A stretch of DNA of 63,865 bases, taken from NCBI RefSeq assembly GCF_000002075.1, contig NW_004797343.1:2744-66608 (forward strand), written 5' to 3'. Made by a program: the position numbers and the translations under genes. The notes under the pieces are model-generated. The model saw nothing but the letters and a program-made list of their open reading frames with translations. It was not told where the DNA came from and did not search any database. Shown piece by piece: positions 60,692-63,865 of this stretch (the first letter of the stretch is position 1; the number at the start of each line of letters is the position of its first letter). Source of the stretch: Aplysia californica. Its lineage: Eukaryota.

Positions 60692-63260
60692 CTGGTGAAA
60701 AAATAAACTCAGGTTACAGACCTTCAAGAAGAAAGGATACAACTTTTATTTCTACTGCTCCTACTCCTATCAAATACTTTATCCAAAAACAGTGGAACCA
60801 GCTTAGAGCAAAGGGCTTTGAAAATGAATCGACTTCTAAAAACAAAACAAAAAAAACTCTGAAAAAGAATTTTTGCCAGTCATGCATGTATAGGAAATTA
60901 GCTTGTTCACTTTCATCTGTCCTAGGTTAAAACAATAAAAACAAATCACTCTAACTTTCTCAAGTCTTTGCATGTGGGTCTAAAAGCTGGACAATCAACA
61001 AAATCTAAAAGCCCATTACTGTAGATCACAGCAAAACTAAGGTACATGCGGACAGATGAAAGTGAACAAACTATACGTGATGTATTTTCACTCCAAGTAA
61101 GTTCACAAGGAAGTGCCCATTCCTAAAATGTACATGGGGTGTTATTTAGGACAAAACACAACCCATACAAACAGTACTTGTTAATTTCACTAGTCAATAA
61201 CCCATTTTATCCCCTCTGTATAAATCTCCTACAGATGACATTGTAATGTCAAACTACATTATGTACACCCCTTCCAGATCCCATTTTTCCAGGAGTCAAA
61301 TAGCTTTTTAAGAGGTAACACAACTACTTTTGCTGACTCCTAGAGACCCAAAGGAATCCCTCTATCTGGAACTTGCTCCCACATTTGATAAACGAAGCCC
61401 GTGGCAAAATTTTTAAAAAATTAAAAATTTAATATTCGATTCATACACAAAATGCTTTAGATTAGAAAGACAAGTTTAGTGCTTTGACTGGCCCTTTGTC
61501 AGTAAATTAATTAACCCTGGTTACTGGGAGGTGTGGGTTCAATCTTTGTTACCTGTCAATTCATGATGGAAATTTTAATCAATTTAATTTAACATCCTAG
61601 CTTCTCTCTCGCCTAGTATTTTACATTAGGTGACCAGTACTAGGAAAAGTACTTCATGAGAAGCTTACTTGATAGTTAGTCCTTTTTAGTCACAGTGCTC
61701 TTTTGTTTTTAATGTGATTTATGAACAGTTTGACGATAAAACACGACAATCACCATTTTCAAAGTCTGGCAAAAAACTAGAACTGTTGTATCTCTCGGAA
61801 GGTGAGGCACATTCCAGGGTCAACTTTTTAATATATTTTCTGCGCACCAATCAAGTTCTTTCTTCGAGTCTCATGACTTTCTTGTGGTCAAAGAAAGTTT
61901 GTCTGAGGTTCTTTCCCTTCCTTATTATTGTCATGAGCCATGCCCTATGCGTTTTGTCAAAAATGTGCGGAGATTTCATCAATTAAAGGATTACAACCGA
62001 ACATAGATTTCATCATACAACAAATATCAACCAAGCCTTACAACAAAATGCTCATGATTATTCAGTAAGAAAATGGTTGAAAAATGGAAATCATTTATCT
62101 CTAAATCAGAAAAATGGAATATGCATGCTTTGTCGCAAACCTGTTCACCATCAATTGTGCTGTGCTGATATGAATGTCTACTTATGTGTAAGCATTTTTT
62201 TAAAACGCCTATGCACATTCATGCACATGTATTTTCTGTTGAGATGAATTGTAAGGCACCCAGAGCTGTATTTTTATGGGAATGAAAGCTATAGAAATTA
62301 TCTACAGCATTATTATCATTATTACTAAAGGATATGTTCTTTACGATCAAATTAATTTAAATTTATACTATTTTGAAAGACTGCTGTTTCATAAGGTACA
62401 CTAAGTACTGCCAGAGTGAACATTTTTGTTGATGCTCTTACTTTAAAATGTATTTTGTCATTCTCAATAACCAATAATGGTCAAAAAATAGAAACATACC
62501 ATCTATGTATGATTTCATTCACAAATTAAAATATTTTTTAAAATGAAACAATATACACGCAAATTCTGTGCAGAGATTGTGAAACAGATTGAATCGATAC
62601 AGTTTTGATATTTTCTCACAGTATTTTTGAAAATATGACCTGCAACTTACTAATGATTTATTTCCCTAAACCATTTTTTTTTTTTTTTGCACCTGCCCTT
62701 TTAGTGTCATGAATGATGCCCAGGAACAAAAATTGATCAAATACTTTCAAATCTTTTCACACTGATAAAAAACTGATCATACTATCACAATAATCTCTTA
62801 GTTGCAGACATACCATTTAGAAACATTCATGCAAAGTGAGATGGAGTTGCGAATTGTACTTTCAGAAACATCTCTGCACAGGTGAGCCACCCACTTAACA
62901 AAATCAGTTTTGAGAAAATTGAAAAAAAAACCCAACTATTTTGAACTGCTCTATTCCAACACAAAAATGTACTTTTTATGCAATTTTTTTTTAGTATCTT
63001 ATATTTTAGGCAATTGCAATTGTTTCTGATCCAGAAAGTAGATGTTTTTGGACTAAAGAGCCCAAAATATAATGGACATCAAAACTGACCTCTTCTGGGC
63101 TGTGCCTTGTGTATATTTTAAAAAAAATCAGACTTGGGTACGCAAAGGAAAGAAAGCCAAATGCATTACAATTTACACTAAGGTTTTTAAAAACCCTAAA
63201 GACTTGAGCGTCAGGGAAGACCGGTAGAAAAGAGCCCCCATCATTAACATCATCACTCAC

Positions 63261-63320
63261 TCTGCAACTTCCTTGACTTCCTTCTGCAACGTTCCACTGT
63301 CTACCACAAACACGATACCT
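63261..63320 (-). CDS. SRPRB: SRPRB internal exon (GIVFVVDSGTLQKEVKEVAE)
   Basis: ttacag acceptor, GA|GTGAGT donor, 60 nt, phase 2-2; matches AIVFVVDSAAFQREVKDVAE; gene continues beyond the window. Confidence 0.92.
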
Positions 63321-63865
63321 CTGTAACACGTAGAAGGAATGTACAGGTGGAGTAATCATTTTGTACACCAAAAAACAAACATCAACGAACCTGAAGGAAA
63401 GATTTTTTTCAAACAACATATCGTCCATGAGATTCACAAACCGGCTACATGCAGAAAGGCAAATTTTACAGGAGGGACAAAAAAACTGATTATTGTTAAA
63501 ACGCGCAGCACAATCTTTCATATTTTTATACAAAAGGTTAAGTTATAAGTGTTGGGACCTAATACTACTTGATTTTTCTTAAATACCACAACTGATAGTT
63601 TTATTTTGCATGTAGCCGGTTATGGAATTAAAAAATATGCAGCACAAAGCAGGTGGACAGTTCTCTGCAGGTGGCCGGTTCGCGCAGGACGCTTCCCCGC
63701 ACAGCCGTGACACGAGGCGGCATGTAGCCGGTTCGTCGCAGCTGTGTGCCACTGTTCGCCGTCATAATAAGTAAAGGTCGAGATCTACATGGACGACGGC
63801 GAGTTATAGGATTTGAACTAATAGATTTATCTTAATGAAAGCTGACTGGTTCAAACTGGGTTTGA

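Noticed and set aside
63006-63533. 175-aa Cys-containing minus-strand ORF
   Set aside because: No recognisable domain; it overlaps the real 60-nt SRPRB exon (63261-63320) in a different frame

Overview
Eukaryotic, intron-rich animal genomic DNA with nine N-gaps. It is most likely a gastropod mollusc (inference from the (TCTAGA/AGATCT)n tracts and a Deu/Nin-like SINE; species not determinable). It contains two convergent spliced genes. (1) An Atrophin/RERE-family transcriptional corepressor on +. I can join 13 exons from 21165 to the TAG at 48182-48184 with GT-AG boundaries and consistent phases (~1,490 aa): GATA-type zinc finger, bipartite NLS, 2.3-kb Pro/Ser-rich exon, Atro box ALRQLHEY, RE repeat, HX repeat. 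It probably has a ~5.5-kb 3'UTR. The BAH/ELM2/SANT exons expected upstream are not visible in 1-21164. That stretch instead holds CpG-rich promoter-like islands and candidate alternative first exons, suggesting short ATN1-like isoforms. An extra in-frame 216-nt candidate cassette exon lies at 42694-42909. (2) The last three coding exons of SRPRB (SRP receptor beta) on -. The rest is transposon-derived: a decayed maT/mariner, hAT-like elements with 6-bp TSDs, TTAA piggyBac-like MITEs, a pogo/Tigger-like MITE cluster, an inverted tRNA-derived SINE pair, and a short retroposon family with no recognisable Pol III head that shares a 3' stem-loop tail with that SINE. An exact 500-bp tandem duplication is probably an assembly artefact. 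All family assignments come from recalled motifs, not database searches.
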